DNA from: Lama guanicoe
Taxonomy: Eukaryota
Assembly (NCBI GenBank): GCA_013239625.1
Contig: MU054187.1
Coordinates: 9,569,231-9,633,230 of the forward strand
DNA: 64,000 bases
Reading direction: 5' to 3'
Part shown: positions 23,181 to 36,500 of the stretch, one piece after another
Position numbering within the stretch: the first letter of the stretch is position 1
How the letters are laid out: the number at the start of each line of letters is the position of its first letter
Program-made: the position numbers and the translations under genes
The notes under the pieces: generated by a model
What the model was told of the DNA's origin: nothing
The model's input: the letters and a program-made list of their open reading frames with translations, nothing else
Database searches by the model: none

Positions 23181-26100
23181 GGGGCTCCTTCATTGGATGA
23201 GAGAAGACTTGCACAAAGGGGAAGAATTATGCATCTGGACCTCATTGTGCCTTTACCTAAATGAAAAAGATTTTGAGAAAGAACCCAGCGTGTTCTTTCC
23301 ACCCTAAGGCAGTGTCTGGTTTTGATATTACAGGCCCTGCGCAGCAGTCAGCACCGGGGCCATTTCTGACAGGGCCTGGCTTGGCCCGACCAGTGCTCTC
23401 AGGGCTCTCCATCCTCCTTGCTGATGCTGCCCCCAGACCCCACCACAAACCCCGGGGGGCCCAGTGGCCACCCCTCTGTGCCCACCTCACGGTCAGCCTC
23501 TGGAGATTGCCCCCGTGACTCATGGCACAGCCACTTGCAGGAGGATGCCAAGGCTGGCTGCAGACGGCCGTCCGGGAGTGACTGAGCCTGGAATCTTCTT
23601 GAGCCAGAGGCAACAGGGATTCCAAGACATTTAGGGTAATAAAATCGCCTCTGTTAGGACCAAGTCCAGTCACATATTTCAGTTCTTACTTGTGTGCTCT
23701 CTGTGCCCCACCACCACCACCCGTCCCGCCTTTTGAGCCAGCAGATGGGCAGTGGGTCGGGAAAGCCACGGCAGCCAGACACGTTGTCTCTGATGCTAAA
23801 TTGGCAGAGACCGGGGGACATGCAAGGAAAAACACAGGCAAAAAGATGACCCTCCTGTGGGTTAGAACTGCATTTAGTTTTTAGTTTCTTATCAGACTAT
23901 CAGCTCTTAAGCAGGGTGTGGTGAAGGACCTGCCACAGGGCAGAGGGAGGGAACTCACTCTGCAGAAGGGGCCACGCGCCTAGAGAAAATAGTTTGGGGC
24001 GGGGGTGCGGGTGACTTTGGATGTGGACAAGACTCACACCTATTAATATCCTTTGTTGGGAGGGAGCACATAGGTTGGGAAAGGTGTGTGCTGCCAACGG
24101 AGGGGAACGGACCTAGAGAAGAACCTGGCATGTGACACTTATCAGTGACTGACGGGGCAGCCGGGCCTGTGCCGGCCGGGTTCCAGCCCCTTCCTGGGTC
24201 TGTGGGGAGCCAGGTAGAGAGGCTCCTTCTGCCTCACATCAGAGGCCCTTCTTACACCCCTCATGATCCTGGAAACCTCAGAAGTCCCTAGCCCTGGGCT
24301 GGCCCCCAGGAACACAGGTTGCCAGGAGGCTGAACTCCTTCCCCCAGAGGCAAACAACCAGGCCTTTGCCTGTTGGCCTAAGAGGCTTCTGTGCTTTTCC
24401 AGGAAGAATGCAGGGATCTGGATCCAACCCCAAATAGGGAGGGCTACCTGCAATTCTAGGCAAGTGCTGACCAACGTTTCAGACTCCACCACAGAAAAGC
24501 AAATTGAATTTCCTACTCTTTGACCACCTGGGCCCCAGAATTCTTCAGGGAGAGGCCCCACTCAACATGAGCCAGCTTTTGCTCACAGACTCCAAGGAGC
24601 TTGGGATTCTATCCAGCCTGCCAATTATGGGGGGGGGGTGCAGTGGGGGGTGTCCCTCATCTGGGAAACTTGGATGAAATCACCTGCCTGGTGGACCTCG
24701 CAGACTGATGAAAGCTCAAACAAGAGCTGGTGTCTAAAAGGGCCTGCTGAATTGTGAATTGCTTTTCTAACACATGGTGTGATGATAACCCACTCCATTC
24801 AGAAAGACGCAGGGCTGGGAGTGGGGAGAAGTGACTCAGGAAGCTCAAGACAGGAGTGAAGGCTGAAGAGCTAGCTAGTCAGAGACCCGAAATAGAATCC
24901 TTTTCAGAGCCTGTGGCCAGACTCCCAGGCCAGGCCTGTCGGCAGCTGGCACGGCCCCAGGCTACCTCCTCCCCCTGTGTGGCCTGTGGGACCAGCGCCT
25001 GCAGCCCGAGGTGGCCACTCACCCCGCCAGGCCAGGGCAGGACAACGGCCCTCGGCTCACAGGCAGGAAGTGGAGGCAGTGACCACTCCTTTGACTTCAC
25101 TGAGAATTCAAACGGCTCTCCCTGTCCAGGAGCTGCCCGCTCACTGCCAAATGCTGCCCTGGCCTCTTGCCTGAATTCCCTACCAGCAAAATTATCCCTC
25201 AGATGAAACCTACAAAGCACACTGGCCTGGGAGACCACAGGCCCGAAGGAGGGATGCAGGCCCCCAGTGGTCCTGCCTCCACCAGGCCAGGCTCCAGACC
25301 TCTTGTCCCAACACAGATAACAGACACTGGGACCCACAGACTCAAGACTGAAGAAGAATGAGGGACCCCGGTCTGGAAGCAAGCTGGCCTGCCTGGGTGT
25401 CACTAGGCAGGAATTCAATGTTTTACAAACAAACACGGCTCCAAGGCATTCCTGCTGCTTGCTCAGGCCAAGGAAAGCAAGGTAATAACTCAAGGAACAG
25501 TGACCTCATCAGGAAAGCAGGCTCCCCAGTCTCTCACACAAACGCCACATCCCCAAACAACCTAGGAGACTCAGTTTGTCATGAAAAGCCCCAGAGAGGC
25601 ACTGCCTTGCAAACCGAGCAGGTGGCCAGTTAAGCTGGCGGGGATGGAGCTTTCCTCGTGCTGGTGAGACACCAGCATCCCAGGGGAAGGGGTTGGGATG
25701 GGATGGGGAGTCCCAGCCTCAGGGTCCCGCCCTGGTTGCCATCTGGGTTCCCTAGGACCTGGTGGGGCTCCGGAAACCAGCGCGCTGCCTCAGCAGCTGG
25801 CTGCTGGGAGCTGGGTGCTGCCGTGGGGCCGCTCAGCCTGGTCCTGTTTCGTCTCCCCATCTGCTGTTTGTTCCTCCTCAGGATGCTGAGAGGCAGAGAT
25901 TGAGGAGGGAAGTAGGAATCAGGGAGGAGAAGGGATGCCTGGCTGTTCTGGCTGTTTATTCCCTGCTCCTTCATCCTGAGAGGAAAGGCAGAAAGCCAGG
26001 CCTGGCCTTGGAAACTGGATACATACCCTCTCCCCCTAGGTGCCCAGGGGCTGTGTGCCAGGGGCTACCCAAAGCCACAGGCTAAACCCACGTGTCTCCC

Positions 26101-26568
26101 GGGGCCCTCCAGCCAGGCGTTGTGGACTTATTTGCATTAAGATAAATGCAGCAGTATCAACTGGAGCGAACATTGAGTGTTTACCACGAGCCAGGCACTG
26201 GGAGAGGTTATCAAAGTGTCCGTGCAACCTCTGAACAGTTCTATGAGATAGTTCTTTCCTTTACCTGCTCCATTTACCCCTAAGAACAGAGGCCTCCAAA
26301 GTTCATTAGCTTGCCTGAGGCTCCACAGGTGGCAGGCCTGGAGATGAACTCAGGCAATCTCACTCTGGAGTCCCTGCGTGTAGGTGTCCAGTGTGTGCAC
26401 TGCCCTCAGGAGCCCTACTGGGGCCAAGCGCCATGGGCTTCCTCCACACAAGCACACCGCCGGCTGGCCCTGAAGGGGCAGCTTCCCAGAGGGGGCAAAC
26501 TTGACTCAAATATATCAGTCAAAGCCTAAGGCTCTTTTTGGAGGTGTTGCACCAAAACAGCAATACAT

Positions 26569-26606
<38 letters not shown>

Positions 26607-26651
26607 TCAACATTTTATTTATGCATATATATGTGTATATATATATATATA
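26569..26651. repeat. Interrupted (TA)n microsatellite
   Basis: Read directly. Confidence 0.9.
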
Positions 26652-29294
26652 CATCTCTTCCTGTTTCCCTTCCTTTTCCTTCTTAACCAACTTAGTCCTA
26701 AAGCACCCTGGCCTGGCAAAGCAAGAGAGGCAACCATGAGGGTTAAGAGGGCAGAGCCACAGTGACCCAGAGGGGAGGAGGGCTGGATCCTTTCGAGATA
26801 AAGGACACTACGGGGATAACTGGAGAGATATGAGTGGACTGTGCAGATAGATGGAAGTTACGTATCCACGTTAGTTTCCTGACTGGTTGGTTCTGTTGGG
26901 GTTCTAGGGGAAGGTCTTTACATGGAAGGCATCATGCCAACCAGTTAGTCTTAAAATTTTTTTATTTACTTTTACCTTTTAATTTATTTTTACAACCAAC
27001 CAGCAATGCATGCATATATTATCATTGTAAAAAAAAATCAAGCAATACAGAAGCTATTTCTTCAAAAATATGAGTCTCCATCCCTCCCCTTTGATTTCAG
27101 TCCCTTTTTTGGAAGTCAGCGCTATTATTGAGGTGGTATTTTCATAGAATAAAATATATTGGTAAGAGAACAGATCTTCAAAGTTCTCATCACAAGGGGA
27201 AAAACTAACTATGTGAGATGATGGATATTAACTAAACTAACTAACTGTACTGTGATGATCATTTCACAATATATACATATATCAAATCACAACTTAAACT
27301 AATACAATGTTCTGTGTCAATTATATCTCAATAAAACTGGGGAAAAATAAAGTAAAATTGCCAAAAAAAATACAAAAAATTTCTTTAAATAGTCACTATT
27401 AAAAAAAGAAATAATGCTGTTAAACTTTCATTATACTGGTTGTTAAAGTCAAAAAAGATTAATAAGATATAGGTTGCTTTTGAAAAAATATATAAGCAAC
27501 TGACTTTTAAATGGTTCAGGAGAAAAAAATGTTCTTTGCACTGTGCTTTTGAATTTCTTTCTAAGTTTGAGATTGCTTCAGAAAGTGTTTTTAATTAAAA
27601 AGAAAACACACACACAAAAACAAAACAGAACAAAAAATGAGCATGACAGAAAATTTGCTGTTAGGTTGGAGACCCCAAAGTGCATTTTCATGGTCTTCTG
27701 CTATTAGAGGCACTAAAGTAAAAATGTCTGGGATATCTGACCACACCCTAGCCAAGCTGTCTGGAAATACCAGGTACTCTGAGGGCCCCCAGGATTGGAG
27801 GGTTCCCTCCTGGGAGATCCACGCTCCTATGTCTGCTCACACCATCCGGCGTCCACTTGGGAGTTCCAGCCAAGAAGGTGCTATAAGGAACCTTGCCTCG
27901 GACCACAGGCTGTCCGCCATCAAGACACCCACCATCCGGAGCAAAAATGCCTGCAAGGTCTCATTTTACTGATAGCAATAGAAAATCACTCAGCAGAAGA
28001 AATGGTGCTTGTACCCCAGGTTTCCTCTCCAGGAAGCACTGGTTAACACTGATGGAGAAATGTGGGAGGGAGGATGGTGTGAGAAAGTCCCCAGCCTGGG
28101 GTTGTCCAGGCTTCTCAAGTGTTCTCCCCGCACAACCTCTGCTATGACTGTGCCTACCTGTTCCTCTGGCTCAGGGCAAAGGGCACAGATGTTTTCCCCA
28201 TTTCCAATGGCCTGTTTTGTTGGATAGTCTTTCATTCTAAGGTTTAAGAAAGGGATAAACACTCCTTCAGTGTTCCTGGCCAGTATCACAGCTGACTTGC
28301 AGAGGGAGGAAATGCCGCCTCATGTTCCAGGAGCCGGGGGAGTGAGTCGGGCCCTCAGCCAGCCCATTACTCAGCAGGTGAGCTGATTGCGAAAGAAGCG
28401 GTTGTCTCCTAGTGTCCAGGGTAACGACACAAACAGTGTGGAGGTGAGCAGAGCAGTGCCCTGGGCTCCCTCACACAAAATCCCTGCATCATGTGTGATG
28501 CTAGGAGGCAGGGCACAGGAAAAAACAGGTTGGCTTCTGGATGTGAGAACATTTCTCCAGCCTCAGAATGTTTCTAAGCTCCTCATCTGACTGGAAATGC
28601 GGGCACAAACTATGGGCCTCATTCCCATGGAATTCCTGAGGAATTCATACAGTGCTGGCAGCCTCTAGAATGAAGGCCTCTTCCCCACCACGAAACCTAG
28701 AGTTGGCGGCAGAAACGTCAGAAGCACACCCTCCTACACAATTTACTATTGTGTTTTGAAATGCAATCCCTACCCTCCCTGTAGGACAATAAAAAGCAAA
28801 AGTTATCCTGAGGAAACACTGAATTTAACAGCGCCTAACCTGGAATTGTGGGGCAAGCAAGAGGAAGAGGAGGTTAGGACATATAAGCCAGCAGCGGTGA
28901 GCTGGCAATCAGATGTGAGAATTTGCTACAGGAATCAGAAAGAAAAGGAGACAAGAGAAAGAGCTTAAAGAAGCTTAGAATCAGAAAGCAGGATGGTTTA
29001 AGATAGGATAAACTAATCATTCAGGAAACTGCTGGACACTGAGAATGCAAAAATGAAAAGACAGTCCTTTCTCTTGACAAGTGCAATAGTTCAGTGGAAG
29101 ACACAGGCCTAAACGTATTAGAAAACCACATGGACCCTGCCACCGTTGCAGCGTGCACAGGCTGCTAAGGGAAAATAAAGGTGTGAGCCTCTGACTGGGA
29201 GAGTCGGGGACAGCTGAGCTGTGTATTGAAAGATGAGCACAAATTTTGCCAAGAAAAGGGAAACGGCCTGAGGGCATTCCAAAGATAAGTCAGT

Positions 29295-30100
29295 TGTGGA
29301 ATATACATTCAATAAAACACTACTCAGCCATGAAAAAGAATGGAATAATGCCATTCGCAGCAACACAGATGGACCTAGAGGTTATTGTATTAAGTAAAGT
29401 AAGTCAGACAGAGAAATACAAACATCAAATCATATAAGCTATATGTAGAATCTTAAAAAATGATACAAATCTTATTTACAAACTGAAAATAGACTCATGG
29501 ACATAGTTTGTTTTCACAAACTATGGTTACCAAAGAGGAAAGGTGAGGGGAGCGATAAGTTAGGGGTTAGGGATTAACAGACAGACATTATTATATTTAA
29601 AATAGGTAAACAGCAAGGACAGCACAGGGAACTATATTCAATTTCTTGTAATAACATAATGGAAAAGAATCTGAAAAGAAAATATATATGTATGTATATG
29701 TATAATTGAATCACCTTGCTGTACACCTGAAACTAACATTGTAAATCAATTACACTTTAATAATAATAAAATGAAATAAAAATTAAAATAAAATATAACA
29801 CAAATGAACTTATTTATGAAACAGAAACAGACTCACAGACATAGAAAACAAACTCATGGTTACCAAAGGGGAAAGAAGGCAGGAGAGGGATAAATTAGGA
29901 ACTTAAGATACAAACTACTATATACAAAATAGATAAATGACAAGGTCCTACTGTACAGCACAAGGAATGATATTCAATATCCTGTAATAAACTATAATAA
30001 AAAATATGAAAAAGAATATATATGTATAACTGAATCACTATGCTGTATACCAGAAAACCAATACATTGTAAACCAACTATACTTCAATAAAAAAACAAAC
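29295..30100 (+). mobile_element. L1 3' end (end of ORF2 plus 3' UTR) with a second tandem 3' UTR copy
   Basis: ORF 29246..29437 contains L1 ORF2 C-terminal-like YSAMKKNGIMPFAATQMDLE...LSKVSQTEK; two successive 3' UTRs each end in an A-rich tail. Confidence 0.85.
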
Positions 30101-30673
30101 ATTTTTAACATAAAATTTATTTTAGCCACATTGACCATAAAAATAAACAAAGGACTTAAGAATACCTAAATTAACTAATGGATAAACATGCATTTAGTCT
30201 TATATTTTAAACTACATTTCCTAATAAATATATATTTATGAAATAAAATTTTATAAAATACAATGAAATGATTTATTAAAATTCATGTCAACAACTACTA
30301 TCAAACATTATCCAAAAGATCAATCTACGCTTGCATCATTTCCCAATAACTTCTTGTACACCAATTCACTGGATTAGTTCTCTGCAAGGCCACACATTAG
30401 AACTGTGTGAAATTTTATCTTAAAATTATTCCACTTTGTTAAATATGTTTTAAATATTCAACAGAATAGAAAAACAAAACTACTTTTACATGTTTTAAAG
30501 AACTGGTAATTGCTGGGCTACTTAAGCAATTACAAGTAATTTGATGCAAAACAACTTTCCCAGGAAACAAAAAATGCCAAAATTAGTAGAAACTTGATTT
30601 CCAAGGAAATCACTTTAGGTTAGGGAAAAAAAATAGTCAATGGAGCCAAGTTAAGAGATAGGCTCTTTTCTCG

Positions 30674-30678
30674 TGTGT

Positions 30679-30716
<38 letters not shown>

Positions 30717-30754
30717 CTGTCTGTCTGTGTGTCTGTCTGTGTGTGTCTGTGTGT
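30674..30754. repeat. Compound (GT)n/(GTCT)n microsatellite
   Basis: Read directly. Confidence 0.93.
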
Positions 30755-32998
30755 CTTCCAGAAGAGGAAATGTGGTGTAGGACTATATCCAGGAAAAGGA
30801 AATTCAAGGACTTCCTTAAGATTAGCAAAGTCATTTTAGCAAGAGTAGTGTTAGCTGGTTAGAAGAAGTTAAAGCTCACATGCAATCATGAAGCAGGCAG
30901 GTCACCAGTGATTCTGAAATAAATCAACAGAGACAAAAGTCCACCCGACTTATGGAGAGATCAACAAGCAGCCAATGGCCCAGGACTTACAGACAAATGA
31001 ATAAAACCAGAAGCAAGCAAACCATCTAATTTATCACCCAAAGTTACACAGTTTTGAAAGTGAAAATGAACACAAAATTTAAATTATATAAACTTTGAAA
31101 TATGTATTTTTATGGACGCATTTAATTTATTGTATTGGTGAGTCTATAAAACAGTTCCACTCCAAAGTTATTTTCAAAAGTAAAATCCTTTCTTTAAAAG
31201 TAGCCAATACCCATATATATTAAAGCAACCCGTATGTGAATTTAACCTATATGTAGCGACTCTAAATTTTATATCACTTTCTTTATAAGCAGAAAGTAAT
31301 AATAGTTTATTTTACAAAGGAGATATCTATTTTGAAGGTGATTTTTATTTTAATGGGAACTGCTGAGAGACAGGATTGTGCAGTGATCCATCTACGGTCT
31401 CGCAGTTAATCAAGAACCAATCAAATCCGAGTAGGGGAGCACATTCTCGCAAAAACCCAGACTGCAACAACCACACCTGGCAACGCAAAATCTAGCGAGT
31501 GATGACAAATAGCAACTCCCCTCGAGTGAAAATTGATTCTCACTGTTTGTGCTTATATTCCACACCTGCTCCTGTACGGACTCCTTATGACCGCCTCCCC
31601 TTTCTTCAAATTCTGCTTCCTAGGATGCCGGCTGCAGGGCACTCCTGGACTCCCTTATCTCTGACTTTCTCTTCCCTTGCTCCTTGGCTAGTTTCCCTTC
31701 CTGCTTCTGCCACCTAACTGTAGATGTCCCTCCAAAACTGAGGCCTTAGCCCTTTGCTCCTCCTGCTGGACCATCACCTCTTATAGCATCACCCACCACC
31801 TGGGTCACTGACTTCCATCTCCTTTCTTGATTCCCACCCAAACTCCAGGCCTGGTGCTTAAAGCTTTTTTCAAGTTTCAGCTCAATAGTGTCTGGGCCTG
31901 TTTTCTGTCTGTGAGTTCTAATAGCAGTTATAACCCAATCTGAGTGTACCTGTGCACGTATATGTTTTTGTGTCTGTATCTCCTACGTTCTTCTCGACAC
32001 ATTTCATTTGTGTACCTTTGCTCCCTTCCCAACCAGAGCGAAAGCTCTTCAAGTATGAAGGTAAGGTCTTTCCTTCTTTCAACAAACATTCATTGAGAAC
32101 CTACTATGTGCAAATGCTATCTTAGATAAGTAAACAAAACCAAGATCCCTGACTTTATGGAGTTTATGCTTTAGTTGGGGAGGGGGAGTGAGGTAGGAGA
32201 AAGGAGAGACAATGAACAGTAAAATAGTAAATAAGTAAACTGTGCATAGTATATTAGTGACTGCTAAATACTCAACAGCTTCACATGACTTGTTGCTATT
32301 GTACTGGACGACGCAAGTCTGATGTCTTCATTCCCTGGATTTCACTTAATTTAATCCGGTAAAAATGTAGAAACAAATCAAGCTGCCATATTAATACTCA
32401 TTTTCTCGACCACATTGGCAAATTCAGATGCACAGGGAGCTCCACCATGTGTTCCAGGGCTCACACCCTCAGGGCTCAGAGTCATTGGGTGACCCCCCTA
32501 CTTCACAACATTAAAATATGGAACAAAACAAACTGTCCTGCAGACTCTGAAGGGCAATTACAAAGGAAACGTTCTAAAACCATTTGAGAGGTGACGTCAC
32601 CAGAATGAATGGACTGCTTGCCAAAGTCTTGAACAGAACAACCCTTCTTAGATTGTACAGCTTTCACATTACTGTCTAACCAGACACAGAAGCAGGCTGT
32701 TGTGATACAGCTTTGGTGGGGCAGCTCTCTTGACAGAGCTGCATCAAAACCACCCCATCAAACACAACCACCTCTCTGGTATCACTAAACCCCACGGGCA
32801 CCCCTGACGCTTGCTCCTTCTCTGCCACCACCATGTATGGGAGATTTTTGCTCTATTGTTTTCTGTTCTGTGTTAGTCTTACATTTTATTTCTTTTCAAT
32901 GAAAATTACATATAACATGCAATATTTGTATTTTAAAAGATAGGAGATCATATTTATATGTGTATGTGCTTAAAGAAAGTATCTGGAAGGACATGCGT

Positions 32999-33110
32999 GG
33001 GGGGAGGTAATTACGTTTTATTTATTTATTTTTAATGGAGGTTCTGGGGATAGAACTCAGGACCTCGTGCATGCTAAGCCAGTACTCTAACACTGGGCTA
33101 TACTCTCCCC
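32999..33110 (-). mobile_element. tRNA-derived SINE (camelid type)
   Basis: Reverse complement reads GGGGAGAGTATAGCCCAGTGTTAGAGT...GAGGTCCTGAGTTCTATCCCCAG...AAATAAATAAACGTAATTACCTCCCCC; same family as the copies at 42281, 47935 and 50614. Confidence 0.8.
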
Positions 33111-33194
33111 GAGAAGGATATTTTTAAACAGGCAGACATCACTGCATCTGGAGTGGGATGCAGAGGGCTGGGGATCAGGAATGAGGAGATGCTA

Positions 33195-33540
33195 GAATGA
33201 TCAGTGGTTGCCAGGACTCAGAGGGAAGGAGGGACAAATGGGTGGAGCACAGGGAATGTTGAGGGCAGTAAAACTGTGTGATTCTATAAGGGCGTATACA
33301 TGTCATGATACATTTGTCAAAACCCATAGAACATACAACATCAAATGAACCCTAACGTGAACTGTGGGCTTTAATAATAATTTACCAATACTGGCTCATC
33401 AATTGTTAGAAGGATACCCCACATCAGTGCACAGTGTTAATAATAGGGTGTGGAGGGTAAGGGTGTACAGGGGACCTCTGTATTTTCTGCCCATTCTTTC
33501 TGTAAACCTGAAACTGCTCAAAAATAAATTTTTAAAAAGT
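33195..33540 (+). mobile_element. Old L1 (L1MB/L1MC-like) 3' end
   Basis: GATCAGTGGTTGCCAGG...GTCAAAACCCATAGAA...CTGTAAACCTGAAACTGCTCAAAAATAAA. Confidence 0.7.
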
Positions 33541-36500
33541 TTTAGAAAATAAGTAAAGATGCATATGGTAAAAAAAATAAATACAGAGTTGTTTTGTTTT
33601 TTTTTTAACCTTCATTTCACTGTGGCCCATATTTTTCTGGAGAGGGAACAGAATCCCATAGGGGGCACACTTATGTAAATATTCAGATACATCATTGGCT
33701 ATTTGCTTGTAATTTATATCCAATTTGTTTCTAGAATTGCTTAAGCCCTTCAATGCCTAAGCAGGATTCTGGTGAGAAAGAAGTTGGGGACACTAGGTGA
33801 GCTGGGACCTCTGGTCTGGCAAACATTTGTGAGTGGCTGCTACCAGCTCAGCACCAGTTTTCACAAATGCACGATCTCAGGTAGCCCTCCCAGCAGCCTC
33901 ATTTTCTAAATGAGGCAGTGGAGACTCGGAGAGTTTCGATAATCTGTCCAAGGTCACACAGATACTAGGTGTGTTTGTGTTGCATCATTCCTAGATGGGT
34001 GGATTACCCACACGTGCAGTGCATCTGCAGAACAAAACAAGCAAGTATGAAATCACCTGTCTTTAAATTTAACGGCAAAATAAAGAACCTCTTGAAAATG
34101 TTTTCCAGCGATGGCTCCGTGAGCATGACCCCCAATAACCCCTCTTGAAAGGGGAAATAATGTGGCTACTTGTGGTTAGGAAATACTGTCCCACCCTCCA
34201 AGTCATACCTACCAAGCAAGTGAGCTCCCTGCTTACTGTGCCCTCCTCTTGAGTCACATCAATGTACCAGGGATGGCAAAGAGGGGGAATTCCATCCAAC
34301 AATGAAGTCTTGCTTCAGGAATGAGTGACTCAGATGCCACGGACTGACTTCCTACCCAACCGACAGCCGTATTAAGAAGGCACAGGCTTTCATACGTATG
34401 GGACAATGGCTTCCAGACCCCCAATGTTTAGCATATGGCTAAATTCTGGGCCCCAAGTCTACAGACAAAATCTTCAGAAAGCTCTGGGGCAAGTGATTTA
34501 GCTTCCCGGACCCTCAGCATCTTCATAAATAAAATGAGAATAATCACACCTACCGTACAGAGAAGTGGTGAAGAATAAATAAGACTGGGAGGTAATGAAG
34601 TTCGCACGGAGTAGGTCCCGGATCGATGTGAATTCCTTCTGGCTGGCCGGGAGAAAAGAGGTGGGATTATCAGGGATGGTAACAGCAAACGTGCTTTCCT
34701 GGGGACTCTATTTCGCCAACAAGCACGATTGGAGTGCCCACTGGGGACTAAAGACACAGAGCGGAAGGCAGGTGAGACAGTGCAGAGCTCCGCTGATAAC
34801 GCAATGGAATGAATGAAGAAACGGAGGGGCAGCAGAGGAGCAGGGCCCCAGGACGGCTGATCAGTTCTTTCCGGGGTTTCAGGAGGCCCAGGGGTAGGTG
34901 GGATTGAACAGGGCGGGGAGGAGGAGGTTGCTTGGTGGAGAGGAGTTGTTTTAGGCAAAATGAACAGCAAAAGCAAACACATGGAGCCTAAGAACACACT
35001 CGGGGATTGGAAAACAGTCCATTTGGAGGGAGCAGAGTGTATGGTGGGAAAGGAGCTTGTCAGAAATGTGCAGTCATAGACTCTGCCCAGACCTACTGAA
35101 TCAGGATCTGTACTTCAGTGAGATCCTCTGGTAGTGTGTATGCACACTCAAGTGTGAGAGGCACTGGCTTAGAGCCCACAAGGTCCTAAAGCTTGTTTTA
35201 AATATGGTTGGTGTTTTTTGTTAAGTAAACAATAAGCAGAAAGTGATCAAAACTAAAGTCCCCGTATATTGTGAGATTAACTTTACCACAACATAATCTT
35301 TCAACATTAGTACTTCTTTTCCTTAAGTGCATCTTGTATTTCTGATTCTTCCTTTATTTAATCTGAAGGGATGCAGGTGTGTGGGATTCAAAGAAGAAAA
35401 GAGAAGGGGGAAAATTAGGTCCCCTCGGGGAGGCATTAGAGCTGGCAAGCTACCAGTAGATTCCGTTCTGGAAAATAGAGCCTCTGTGCTTTGAGGTGGT
35501 CTGCGGCCACTTGCTCTTAGATCCCCGGTTCACCTGGCCTGGCAGCTGTCCTGCTGGGCTGCCACATTAGCAGCAATGCATGGATTTCTGTGCCAGTTTC
35601 ATTTCACATGTGAATCAAGAAACATCTGTTGAGTACCTTCTGAGGGCGTAGCATGAGCTGAATGCTCTAAGGTCCACACAGGCGTGATCAATGGTGTATA
35701 GAAATTATTATAAGAATAGGTCGAAAGCAAGTTGGACCAAAAGAGAGAGACAAACCCAAGACTCTGAATATTCAGATAAGGGAGAAAAAAATTCCTGGCT
35801 CAGGAAATCCAGGAAGGCTTCATGAAGGAGGCAGCAGAGCCAGCTGGGCCCTGAATGATAATTAGGATTTCAAGAGGTAGATCTGAGATTAGAACATTTG
35901 AGAAGGATTGTCTAGTCTAGAAAAGTTAAGGAAGGGATTTTCTGAGAAGTGTGAGAGAGAAAGCTGGAAAGAAGGCTTGGGGTTAGGTCATAGGTGGGCC
36001 CAGATGCCCAAAAGTGGGCAGCAGGAAGCCACCAAGGATTTCTGAGTAGACAATGACATAATCACATCTGTGCTTCAGAGCTTTTATGCAGCAGGCATTC
36101 TTTACTGGGGAGGAGGGAGGAAGCATTTATGAGTCTCTCCTGTTGCTTCCTAAACTCCCAGTTAAGACACAGTTATCCTCTTCTTCCGTGTCTCCCGTCT
36201 CCCCACAGCACCACCACCCTCGCCTTCCTGCCAACCATGCAGTTAGCAGATGCTCAGCATCTCAAATTTAACTGGGGCTGCGTTGGACTCCAGCCCCACC
36301 AGAGCCTGAGGGTTGGGAAGTGGCCTGTTCCCAGGAAGACAGCCACGGAGCACGGGTGTGATATGATGGTAAGTATTAAAGCCACCGACTTATCAAAGGC
36401 TGGGGTTTTGACGATTTGGGCATGCTTATCATCAGAAAGGAGAGGCTGATCAGATAAGAAGCCCAGTTTGACAGCCACCTACGTTCACCTGTGCTCTTTT

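Noticed and set aside
24879..25493. Longest ORF in the window (204 aa, minus strand)
   Set aside because: No recognisable domain, low-information composition typical of GC-rich non-coding DNA, and no supporting exon structure. A BLASTp/PhyloCSF check would settle it.
34428..34997. 189-aa minus-strand ORF
   Set aside because: The C-terminal part runs through a MIR remnant; no recognisable protein.
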